Source: Sedimentisphaerales bacterium (GTDB lineage Bacteria > Planctomycetota > Phycisphaerae > Sedimentisphaerales > SM23-30). From it: a stretch of DNA of 64,000 nucleotides. Position numbers and translations under genes: made by a program. The stretch spans positions 50,351-114,350 of the forward strand of contig CAXXFK010000023.1 in NCBI GenBank assembly GCA_963663965.2. The letters are read 5' to 3'. Shown in pieces: positions 29,090 through 38,009 of this stretch. The notes beneath the pieces were generated by a model. It saw only the letters and a program-made list of their open reading frames with translations, ran no database searches and was not told the DNA's origin. Numbering within the stretch: position 1 is the first letter of the stretch; the number at the start of each line of letters is the position of its first letter.

Positions 29090-31393
29090 ATGATATATTA
29101 TATGAAAACCATGCATTACAGGCTTGTCTGGGCCTGCCTGTTGATCTGGGAGACTTTAGTTCTGGGTCAATCTCAGCCCCATGATATTCAAGCGGCCTCG
29201 AAGGTCATCAATAATCCAATTCTTTTTGTCGTGCGCTATCAATATCAGGCCGATCATCATAATACTGCCACATTATTTCAGAATGGCGAGATTAATTCAG
29301 GCAAATTTCGGCCACCGGGCTCACTAAAAAGTCTTGATATGACAACCGGACAGGTTCGCACAATCCTGGATGCTCCTGACGGTGTTATTCGAGATCCTGA
29401 AGTCGGTTTTGATGGAAAACAAATTCTGTTTTCGATGCGTACCAACGCTGCTGACGATTATCATATTTACGAAATCAACGCCGATGGAACCCATTTGCGC
29501 CAGCTAACCCACACTGCAGGCGTAAATGATATCGATCCGTTATATTTGCCTGACGGGCGGATTGTATTCAGTTCGACACACGAGCCTAAGTATTGTATGT
29601 GCAATCGCCATATCATGGCCAATTTGTTTGTTATGGAGTCCGACGGCAGCAAAATGCGTCAACTGGGTAAGAGTACCCTGTTTGAGGGCCATAGCGCCTT
29701 GTTGCCCGATGGCAGGATAATCTATGACCGCTGGGAATATATCGATCGTAACTTTGGTGACGCACAAGGATTGTGGACTGTTTATCCTGACGGAACAAAC
29801 CATGCGGTTTACTGGGGGAACAATTCCGGATCACCCGGAGGAGTTATCGATCCCCGGCCCATTCCGGGCACACAATGGCTGGCGTGTATTTTCGGTTCTT
29901 GTCACGATCGGCCCTGGGGGGCCCTGACAATCATTGATCGTCGACTGGCAACTGATGGCCGGCATGCGATGGTCCAAATCTGGCCAGAAGTAATGCGTAA
30001 TAAAGTTGACGATACGCGCAACGACGCGTGGGATACCTTTATGGCAACCAAGCTGAAATATGAAGATCCCTGGCCGCTTGACGAACAACACATCCTCTGT
30101 TCAAGAATGACCGGCCAGGGAGAACAGATGGGAATTTATCTGATTGATACTCAGGGAGATGAAACATTACTACATTTCGAAAAACCAGGATGTTATGATC
30201 CAATGCCACTGGCGCCACGCGTGAAACCCCCTGTCATCACTGACCGGATTGAACCTGAAAATTTGTATGGCCAGATTTATCTTTATAACGCTTACGAAGG
30301 CACCCACATGGCCGGCGTCAAACCGGGTGAGGTCAAGTGGCTGCGAGTGATCGAATCTCCAGAAAAACGATCGTGGACTCATCCCTCCTGGAACGGACAG
30401 GGCCAGCAGGCACCGGCGATGAACTGGCACAGCTTTGAAAGCAAGCGCATCCTGGGAACCGTTCCGGTTGAAGCAGATGGCTCAGCGTACTTTAAAGTCC
30501 CGGCCGGCAAATTTGTTTATTTTCAGCTACTGGATATAAACAAAATGATGATCCAGTCGATGCGCAGTGGAACCATTGTTCAGCCGGGTGAGGCTGTTGG
30601 CTGTATTGGTTGTCACGAACCACGCCAGGCCGCCCCTCAAACTGGCAAGCTGGACGTCCCGATTGCGTTACGAAAACCTCCTCATGCACTTTCTGGCTGG
30701 ATGGGTCCCGCTCGAATGTTTTCTTATCTGGCTGAGGTTCAACCGATATTTGATCATCACTGTCTTAAATGTCACGATTATGAGGGCCGTGGAGCAGACA
30801 AAGCACTTTTGGCGCCGGACAAGTCGCTGGTATTTAACGCCTCTTATATGGATTTATGGAGACAAAAACTAACCGGCTCAATTGGAGGCGGCCCGGCCCA
30901 GATACAACCGGCTTATAGTTGGGGTTCTCACAATAGCCGGCTTATCCGTCATTTAGCCAAGGGCCACAAAGACGTCTCATTGTCCAGGGAAGAAATGGAG
31001 CGACTAACGACGTGGATTGATTTAAACGGGATTTATTATCCCGAATACAGTAGCGCCTATCCAGATAATCCGGCGGGGCGGGCTCCAATTACTAATGATC
31101 AACTTCAGCAACTGGGTCAATTAACCGGTGTTAATTTCGGCCAACAATTAGGCTGGAACACTTGCCAGAGGGCACAAATCAGCTTTGACCGCCCGGAATT
31201 AAGTTTGTGCCTGAGGCAGATAACAGACCTGGCAATTTACAAAAAAGCGCTGGCCATTATTGAATCAGGCCGCGAGAATCTACAGGTCAGACCCCGTGCG
31301 GATATGCCAGGATTCAAGCCCTGTCCGACAGATCTGCAAAGAGAAGAAAAATATCGCAACTTATGTCTGATAAATGAGACACACAACAAGTAA
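29090..31393 (+). CDS. HzsA-related beta-propeller protein with c-type heme motifs
   Basis: DIDPLYLPDGRIVFSS, RWEYIDR, RILGTVPVEADGSAYF, QSMRS, CIGCH, CLKCH, WIDLN. Confidence 0.85.
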   Translation: MIYYMKTMHYRLVWACLLIWETLVLGQSQPHDIQAASKVINNPILFVVRYQYQADHHNTATLFQNGEINSGKFRPPGSLKSLDMTTGQVRTILDAPDGVIRDPEVGFDGKQILFSMRTNAADDYHIYEINADGTHLRQLTHTAGVNDIDPLYLPDGRIVFSSTHEPKYCMCNRHIMANLFVMESDGSKMRQLGKSTLFEGHSALLPDGRIIYDRWEYIDRNFGDAQGLWTVYPDGTNHAVYWGNNSGSPGGVIDPRPIPGTQWLACIFGSCHDRPWGALTIIDRRLATDGRHAMVQIWPEVMRNKVDDTRNDAWDTFMATKLKYEDPWPLDEQHILCSRMTGQGEQMGIYLIDTQGDETLLHFEKPGCYDPMPLAPRVKPPVITDRIEPENLYGQIYLYNAYEGTHMAGVKPGEVKWLRVIESPEKRSWTHPSWNGQGQQAPAMNWHSFESKRILGTVPVEADGSAYFKVPAGKFVYFQLLDINKMMIQSMRSGTIVQPGEAVGCIGCHEPRQAAPQTGKLDVPIALRKPPHALSGWMGPARMFSYLAEVQPIFDHHCLKCHDYEGRGADKALLAPDKSLVFNASYMDLWRQKLTGSIGGGPAQIQPAYSWGSHNSRLIRHLAKGHKDVSLSREEMERLTTWIDLNGIYYPEYSSAYPDNPAGRAPITNDQLQQLGQLTGVNFGQQLGWNTCQRAQISFDRPELSLCLRQITDLAIYKKALAIIESGRENLQVRPRADMPGFKPCPTDLQREEKYRNLCLINETHNK

Positions 31394-31718
31394 ACCATGA
31401 AACCGCTTTATCCCAAGCCCAGGAAAATATTTTTCCTGGGATATTCCCTATAATTGATATATTCGGCAATACTTGCCCATATTAAAACATTAATGGGTGG
31501 AACTGCCGTTTGAATTGATGGTGGCAATTTTTTTTAATTTTATGGCATACATATTTGCTTAATCGATTATAATGAAGATTAAAAGTATCGGTTTTAAGCC
31601 AGAAGCCGGATTAGTGAAAAGGCCACTATATTTTCCGGACAGATGGGCAAGTTCAGTTTTATCGTAATTCGGTTCTTCTTAGAATATCTATTAATCCTTA
31701 TTTATGGAGGATGGTGCA

Positions 31719-33407
31719 ATGAAGAAAATCGTTTTAATTGTTCTACTGATATTGGGATTGTCGGGCTATGCAACCGCTCAGGAAAAGCTGGACACTATAT
31801 ATATTGAGGTGGTTGTGAATGTGGTAGACAGCACCTCCACCCACAATATAAATAAACATCTGGATGAAGCCAATAAGATTCTCAAGCAAGCCGGCATTGA
31901 ACTGGTATTAGTCAAAACCAATAATCCGGTAAATTACGGCAACAATGACAGTTCATTAACTCGAGAAGAGCGCGACAAGGCGCGCGATCACGGTCGAGAA
32001 GAACTGGACAAAGCCTGCGGCAAGGGAAAGGGTATTAAGGTAACCTTGACGGATACTCCGATGGAAGGCAAGACGGCAACAGGGGTTGCCATCCACGAGA
32101 ATTCAACGGTTATTGTAAAACCACGCTCAGATAACGCGGCCACTGGACGAACGATTGCGCACGAGGTCGGTCATTCTCTAACGCTGAACTATGATTTTTA
32201 CGATGAGGCAAACAAGGGCAGGTTGATGTATGGCGTGACGGGCGGCGGCACCAAGCTGACTGATGATGAAATTAAAGAAATTCGCAAGCGTGCCAAACAG
32301 ATCGCCAAGGAACAAAAAAAGGCCCAGAAAACGACTAATAATAAAAAAGCGACATCCAAGACCGGCCAGGTAACCAATAAGTTTGGCCACCAGAAAGATT
32401 CACGCCAGGATTTAATCATTTTTCCACCGGACCTACCGATCGATCCGGGCAATCCAATTCTGAGTGGATTTGACTTGCGCGGTACTGACATTTTCTGGGA
32501 TCCAGGGGTGGATCCATTGCTGGTAAATATTCGCGTTCAACCCCAAGGATTATTGCCAGGCGGTGACTTTACGGTGGATTCCTTTTTCGATGTTTTTTAT
32601 CAGATCGAACTTATCGCCACTCCAGGCGGATTGCCTGACCGCATTGTAAATATTCACGCGTTTAAGGACATAAGCATGCCCGAACCCATTTTTGACTGCC
32701 AAGTCATAGATCCAATCAGCGGAACTCCTTTAATCGACTTACCGGTATTGCCAACCGTAAATCTGGAAATCTGGTCAGGAGGAATTGATCCAGGTGTTGA
32801 ACCTGCAAATGTTTCTTTGGCCGTGGATGTCCCCTTGCCAGTACTATTCGATCCGATCGATTTCAAAAGGATGGAAGACGTTGTTTTCCAAACGACGGTC
32901 CATGGGGTAATTATTCTGCCCGATATCCCGGGAGAGATCTTGATACAAGACCTGCCCGAAGAACCGGGAGTATTTGATTTAGACCAAGATATCTGTCGTC
33001 CTGAAATCAGCGTTACGCCGCTCAATTTCCCGACATTGGATCCGTCTATTCCAATTCTTCCCCCCCTGCCATCAGAGGCAGTTTTAATTGTTGAAGGTTG
33101 CGGATTTAATGGAACGATAGACGTGCGGGCCAATACCCTGCCAGTAGCAACTGTTTCTGACGGAAGCCAGTTTAGAGTATTCCTGGGCGCGGAAGCACTG
33201 GGCCCATATCTGCCGGAAGAATTAGAAATTCTTGTCCAGGAAACCGATGAGAGCTTACCCAAGCGAAACTGGGCTGTCATTAACCTTGATATACTACCAG
33301 AGATTCCTGGTGACATTAATATGGATGGTCGAGTTGACATTCTTGATTTCGAAGAATTGTCTCATTGGTGGTTATATGAATTGATCGCGGAAACAGACAT
33401 ATTTTGA
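31719..33407 (+). CDS. Secreted zincin metallopeptidase-like protein with dockerin-like tail
   Basis: Signal peptide; TIAHEVGHSLTL followed by a Met-turn-like LMY; C-terminal GDINMDGRVDILDF..LS..WL. Confidence 0.75.
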   Translation: MKKIVLIVLLILGLSGYATAQEKLDTIYIEVVVNVVDSTSTHNINKHLDEANKILKQAGIELVLVKTNNPVNYGNNDSSLTREERDKARDHGREELDKACGKGKGIKVTLTDTPMEGKTATGVAIHENSTVIVKPRSDNAATGRTIAHEVGHSLTLNYDFYDEANKGRLMYGVTGGGTKLTDDEIKEIRKRAKQIAKEQKKAQKTTNNKKATSKTGQVTNKFGHQKDSRQDLIIFPPDLPIDPGNPILSGFDLRGTDIFWDPGVDPLLVNIRVQPQGLLPGGDFTVDSFFDVFYQIELIATPGGLPDRIVNIHAFKDISMPEPIFDCQVIDPISGTPLIDLPVLPTVNLEIWSGGIDPGVEPANVSLAVDVPLPVLFDPIDFKRMEDVVFQTTVHGVIILPDIPGEILIQDLPEEPGVFDLDQDICRPEISVTPLNFPTLDPSIPILPPLPSEAVLIVEGCGFNGTIDVRANTLPVATVSDGSQFRVFLGAEALGPYLPEELEILVQETDESLPKRNWAVINLDILPEIPGDINMDGRVDILDFEELSHWWLYELIAETDIF

Positions 33408-33430
33408 TTTGGTAATTCTAAATCCTTAAT

Positions 33431-33452
33431 GCCCGCCGTGTGCGGGCTTTTT
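33431..33452 (+). terminator. Intrinsic terminator
   Basis: GCCCGC-CGTGT-GCGGGC-TTTTT. Confidence 0.75.
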
Positions 33453-33570
33453 CATATAAAATCTTTCAAATTATTGAAAATTCGAATGACCCTGTAATGA
33501 AATAGATTTCAACCCGACTGCTAATATAAACTATTGCTTTTCCACAATATTTATATTGGGAACCATTATC

Positions 33571-33783
33571 ATGATATTTCCATTTGTGGCTTTCTGGGTA
33601 ATCTTACTGCTGGGATGGAATAAATTTGAACTTAAAGGAAGGTTAATCTGGATTGCCCTCTGGATTGGTTCAATATTGGGACTTTGTTATGGGAGCACAC
33701 CTTTTATTTTTGTCACCGTTCAGGCCGTTCTGGACGCCATTCTGGTTTTGTATATTTTTGGCGGGGATATCAACATCCGGTAA
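33571..33783 (+). CDS. Small membrane protein
   Basis: ~70-aa hydrophobic ORF ending FGGDINIR. Confidence 0.6.
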   Translation: MIFPFVAFWVILLLGWNKFELKGRLIWIALWIGSILGLCYGSTPFIFVTVQAVLDAILVLYIFGGDINIR

Positions 33784-33810
33784 GACCCGGTTAATATTGA
33801 TGTTAGAATT

Positions 33811-35364
33811 TTAGCCCCGAGCCCCGCGAAGTATTACGCGGTTTCCATCAGTCCATTGGTCGCGATACCAGGTGGAAGGCCGGTCTTCATCGGATATCTC
33901 GGCAAGTTTCTGGTTCATTTTCGCCCGAAGCTCTTGTAACTTGTCTTGATGACCGGAATTTGACACCAGATTATTCATCTGATAGGGATCGTCAAGGTTA
34001 TCAAAAAGCAGTTCGAACCCATCCACTCGATAGCGGGCATAAGTGTATCGCTTGTCACGGATGGCGCGCCATTCGTAGCCATCTTCCCAGGAAGCGCAAG
34101 CGCCGGTGTTTTGCATAAGAGCAAATTCGGGCTCCGGGCCGTGTTGTCCTAAGGCGGTCTGGCTTAGATTTTCGCCCTCAACACGATTCGGTATGGGAAG
34201 TTTCATAAGGCCCAACAGGGTGGGCATAAAATCGACCGTGGAGATACAGGCGTCTGAAACCGTTCCTGCCGGTATCTTGCCGGGCCAGCGCATAAGGAAT
34301 GGGATCCGCGCGGCTTCTTCGTAGAATGTATTTTTGGCCGCCCGGCCTTGAGAACCAAACATTTCGCCATGATCAGAAGAAAAAACAACTATGGTATTAT
34401 CAGCCAGTCCGGCATCGTTAAGAAAACTCATAAGCCGGCCAAAGTTCCTGTCCAGATTGGCGGTCATGGCATAATAGATTCGACGGTTGGTTTCCAGGCT
34501 GGCCCGGCCACTGGCCGACATGTCGGACCAGTTGTCTGAATAGGGTTCATCGTTTTCCGGTTTATAATTGGGGGGATTGGGCAAGCTGACATTCTTATAA
34601 TTATTATAGTCTTCCGCGGGAACATTGCCTATGTTCCATGGCGCATGCGGAGTACCCCAGGAAAGGAACATGGCGAACGGCTGGGAGGATTTGGCCGCCC
34701 GGCATTTCAACCATTGAATGGCCAGATCTGTCTGGCCATCGGGTTCATAAACGCCTTCACCATAATGAATTTTTTCTGATGATTCCGTATGATAAAAAGC
34801 ATTGTCACCATAATAATCGTGACGGAAATTATAGGCTGCCCAGAAACCATTGAAGCCAAGCCGGTGTGGACCGCGCGGCACAAAGGAATTTGCCGGATTG
34901 TAATGATCGCCCAGATGATTCGCATAGAGATGCCATTTGCCAATATAAGCCGTATGATATCCGGCGCGGGTGAGAATGTGGCCAATACATTCCTGATATG
35001 GATTCATGCGGAGTTCGTTAATCACCATTCCGGTTGTTGTAGTATATTTCCCGGTAAAGAGATTGGCACGATAGGCTGAACAGACCGGCGTATTGGAAAC
35101 GCAATACTTGAAGTTAACGCCCTGGGAAGAGAAGGTATCAATATTGGGAGTTTGGGCGTGCTGAGCGCCGGGATAATTGGCCTCATTCCAATAGCGGGCA
35201 TAGCCGCAATGATTGGTTCCGAGCTGGTCGGCAAAAACATAAATCAAGTTGGGGCGATCGGTATTGGGGCCCGCGGCAAAAGAAGGCGCCAACTGACATA
35301 TTGCCATACCGGCGGCTCCCAGACAAGTGCGTTTCAGAAAGGTGCGGCGATCTATGGATTGCAT
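33811..35364 (-). CDS. Sulfatase (FGly-type), Tat-exported
   Basis: DRRTFLK twin-arginine signal; PNLIYVFADQ, CSAYRANLFTG, GKWHL, SSDHG. Confidence 0.95.
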   Translation of the reverse strand: MQSIDRRTFLKRTCLGAAGMAICQLAPSFAAGPNTDRPNLIYVFADQLGTNHCGYARYWNEANYPGAQHAQTPNIDTFSSQGVNFKYCVSNTPVCSAYRANLFTGKYTTTTGMVINELRMNPYQECIGHILTRAGYHTAYIGKWHLYANHLGDHYNPANSFVPRGPHRLGFNGFWAAYNFRHDYYGDNAFYHTESSEKIHYGEGVYEPDGQTDLAIQWLKCRAAKSSQPFAMFLSWGTPHAPWNIGNVPAEDYNNYKNVSLPNPPNYKPENDEPYSDNWSDMSASGRASLETNRRIYYAMTANLDRNFGRLMSFLNDAGLADNTIVVFSSDHGEMFGSQGRAAKNTFYEEAARIPFLMRWPGKIPAGTVSDACISTVDFMPTLLGLMKLPIPNRVEGENLSQTALGQHGPEPEFALMQNTGACASWEDGYEWRAIRDKRYTYARYRVDGFELLFDNLDDPYQMNNLVSNSGHQDKLQELRAKMNQKLAEISDEDRPSTWYRDQWTDGNRVILRGARG

Positions 35365-35411
35365 TTAAGACACTCCGTTCAAGCAAAAACATTTTAAGCT
35401 ATCGTATAAAA

Positions 35412-36707
35412 TTAGTAAGGTAAATTCTGACAATCGGGGTCGGGCGTGAAGCATTCAAACCATTCCCGAATAAAAATCTCGAAATCGTTGATATCAACCT
35501 GGCAATCAAGATTCAGGTCGGCGACATGGAAACCATGCGAACCACAGTCATTGTCTTCAATATTTATTAAACGATCCGGCAGATTAATCCCGAACCAGGG
35601 GGAGGCAGAATCGACATCCACTTTAATCGCGAGATGGGTATCGTGGACGGCTCGCTCCATATCGGGATCATCAATCGCTGAAATTGTGATTGCCTGCGGC
35701 GTTTGCCAATTAGCGGACGTGAAAACAATCTCGGCAGGTGTTGCTTGAATCTGATCGGGATCAAGGATATCATAAAATCGAACCGTAACCGGTAGGTTGC
35801 CTGGGTTGTCCGCCAGGCGAATGAAGATTTCGTCGCCGTAGCCACCTTCGCGAACATAGGTTTCATTATCTGTTTCCTCGATCAAAATATCGGAGGTGGT
35901 GAAAGGCAGGGCATATTTCCCGCTGAGATAATGCCCAATCTGAGTCATCTGGGCGGTAGTCAATTGCTTATTGTAAACAAGCACTTCCGCCAGGTCGCCA
36001 TCATAGAAATCGGGATACCAAACGGCGTCAGGGCTCATGCCACAACCGACAGAGATATGGTTACCAGCGCTATCGAATGTGATCGTATTGGCCGGATTAT
36101 TGGCTTGTATTGTCTGTGCCTCAATGCCATTAACCGCATAAAACAGGTTATCATGCCGACCTCCTTGAGGCATCTGGCGAACGGCGATATGAAAGACCCC
36201 GGCGCTGATAGGATTCTGGCCGGTGGGAGTAAGCGAGTATCCGTTATTATAACGACAACCCGAACGGCTGGGAGCCACCTCAACTCCAACCAGATGTGAG
36301 GCGGTTCCAATGGCGGAACCAACCTGCACAACGCGCTCGACTCCCGTGCTGGTTCCACCCGTGCAAACAGTTAAGATCGTCAGACCGGCGTCCGGATCGG
36401 GCAGATTCCAGCTCGGCGAAACCAGCACGTCTTGATTGCTACGAACAAAACGAACCGCAGGCAAACCATTAATGACACCGGCACGATAGGTCGGAATGCC
36501 ATAACCCGGATCTGTCGATACGGTGCCACCGACACTGTCGGAGACCGCCAGATCTGACCAAGTTAGGACGGGGTCGTCATTGCTTAGACTGGTTATTGCC
36601 GACGCATCCAGATGAATAATCAGGCCATCATTGACCAAATCAGCAACGGCGATGGAAGTCAGAAATGATATTAGAATTATAGAAGATGTTTTTATCATCA
36701 GATTCAC
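35412..36707 (-). CDS. Secreted LamG-like + Calx-beta-like protein with dockerin-like tail
   Basis: LIIHLDAS, INGLPAVRF, YDGDLAEVLVYN, FTSANWQTPQ, ADLNLDCQVD..DF. Confidence 0.8.
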   Translation of the reverse strand: MNLMIKTSSIILISFLTSIAVADLVNDGLIIHLDASAITSLSNDDPVLTWSDLAVSDSVGGTVSTDPGYGIPTYRAGVINGLPAVRFVRSNQDVLVSPSWNLPDPDAGLTILTVCTGGTSTGVERVVQVGSAIGTASHLVGVEVAPSRSGCRYNNGYSLTPTGQNPISAGVFHIAVRQMPQGGRHDNLFYAVNGIEAQTIQANNPANTITFDSAGNHISVGCGMSPDAVWYPDFYDGDLAEVLVYNKQLTTAQMTQIGHYLSGKYALPFTTSDILIEETDNETYVREGGYGDEIFIRLADNPGNLPVTVRFYDILDPDQIQATPAEIVFTSANWQTPQAITISAIDDPDMERAVHDTHLAIKVDVDSASPWFGINLPDRLINIEDNDCGSHGFHVADLNLDCQVDINDFEIFIREWFECFTPDPDCQNLPY

Positions 36708-36730
36708 CGTAATCGTGTTGGGCCGGTTGA

Positions 36731-37936
36731 TTAAGGACGCATGTCATCACAATTGGATTCAGGCATAGTACACCGCAACCACTGTTGAACAAGTAAAGTA
36801 AAATCAATCAGATCAATCTGGCAATCGCGATTGAGGTCGGCCGGATTGCCCACCCAGGCACCACAGTCATTTTCAGTAATTGCAACCGCAATGTCTTCTA
36901 TTGATGTTCCGGAATAAGATGAAGCCGTTTCAACTATTACGCTGAACAGAACGGAAACAGAATGCACATATGATTCCCGGATTGAGTCATCAACGGCAGT
37001 AATTGTAATCGTTTGCGGAGTTTGCCAATTGGCAGTATTGAAGACTAATGAGCTGGGGAAGAAACTTAGTTGGGTGTTATCTGAAGCACCCAATTCAACC
37101 GTGACGGGATAGTCCTGGGGATCATCTGTTACCGCAATTGAAATTTCATCAGCAAGGCCACTTTCGCTAACGGCAGTAAAACCCGTCGTCTCAGTAACTG
37201 TAATGGAAAATGATGGCAGGATTTCGGGCGCGAGGGCCGCGAAGATCTGGCCGCGAGGATTACTGCCGGCAGTTCCAGTAAAATTTGACGCCATATTCGC
37301 ATCCCATAGCGCGTTCTGGCCCAGCAGGGCATTGGTAAGCCCTCCCAGCTGGCCGGAAGTAATGCTGCCGGTTCCCAGAAAACTGACCGACTTATCGCCC
37401 GATAAATTAGCTGAAGCAGAAGTCCCGGTAATCGTAAAAGTCTTAAGCTCACCCTTCAGGCTTGTCCTCAAAATACCGTTAACCGTATCGTAGGATGCCC
37501 AGGCAACAATATCTTCGCCAGCGGTTACGGTTCCGACAATGACAGCGGCGGCACTATCGCTCACATCTGTATCATTTAAGCCGTTTTGGGTATAACCGTT
37601 ACCGTTGCCGCCATTGGAGCCCTTGGTCGCAAATATTAAATTGCCGCCAGACAAATACAGTCCATTGCCAAAAGAAGTGCCGCCGCACTCAATTAAAATA
37701 ACGGGGCCGCCGGCAGTCAAATCGGCCGGCGCCGGATTGAACCGGACAGCCAAGGTAACCTGTCCAGTGCCATCAATTGGAGCAATGTCGTCTACGCTGC
37801 CCGCTTGTCGCGTGGTCAAATCAATCGCCGCTTGTGAATCCAACAATCCTGGAACCAGATCGCCGGCTTGAACAGCAAGGACGAAAGACAACAGTATTGA
37901 CATAGAGATTAATCGCGTTATAAGCATGTTAAGCAC
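36731..37936 (-). CDS. Secreted beta-sandwich + Calx-beta-like protein with dockerin-like tail
   Basis: N domain paralogous to that of 38010-40166; FNTANWQTPQ; ADLNRDCQIDLIDF...WL. Confidence 0.8.
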   Translation of the reverse strand: MLNMLITRLISMSILLSFVLAVQAGDLVPGLLDSQAAIDLTTRQAGSVDDIAPIDGTGQVTLAVRFNPAPADLTAGGPVILIECGGTSFGNGLYLSGGNLIFATKGSNGGNGNGYTQNGLNDTDVSDSAAAVIVGTVTAGEDIVAWASYDTVNGILRTSLKGELKTFTITGTSASANLSGDKSVSFLGTGSITSGQLGGLTNALLGQNALWDANMASNFTGTAGSNPRGQIFAALAPEILPSFSITVTETTGFTAVSESGLADEISIAVTDDPQDYPVTVELGASDNTQLSFFPSSLVFNTANWQTPQTITITAVDDSIRESYVHSVSVLFSVIVETASSYSGTSIEDIAVAITENDCGAWVGNPADLNRDCQIDLIDFTLLVQQWLRCTMPESNCDDMRP

Positions 37937-38009
37937 CCAGAGTGAGGGAAAAGGGCGGCCGGGCAGTATCGTGGCCCGGCCGGTCCTAAAAATATAAACT
38001 AAATATTAA

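Noticed and set aside
29090..31393. Evidence of anammox metabolism
   Set aside because: No hzsB/hzsC/hao cluster; surrounding genes indicate a heterotrophic glycan degrader
33538..33546. oriC from a DnaA-box-like TTTTCCACA
   Set aside because: Single box, no cluster and no dnaA/dnaN nearby
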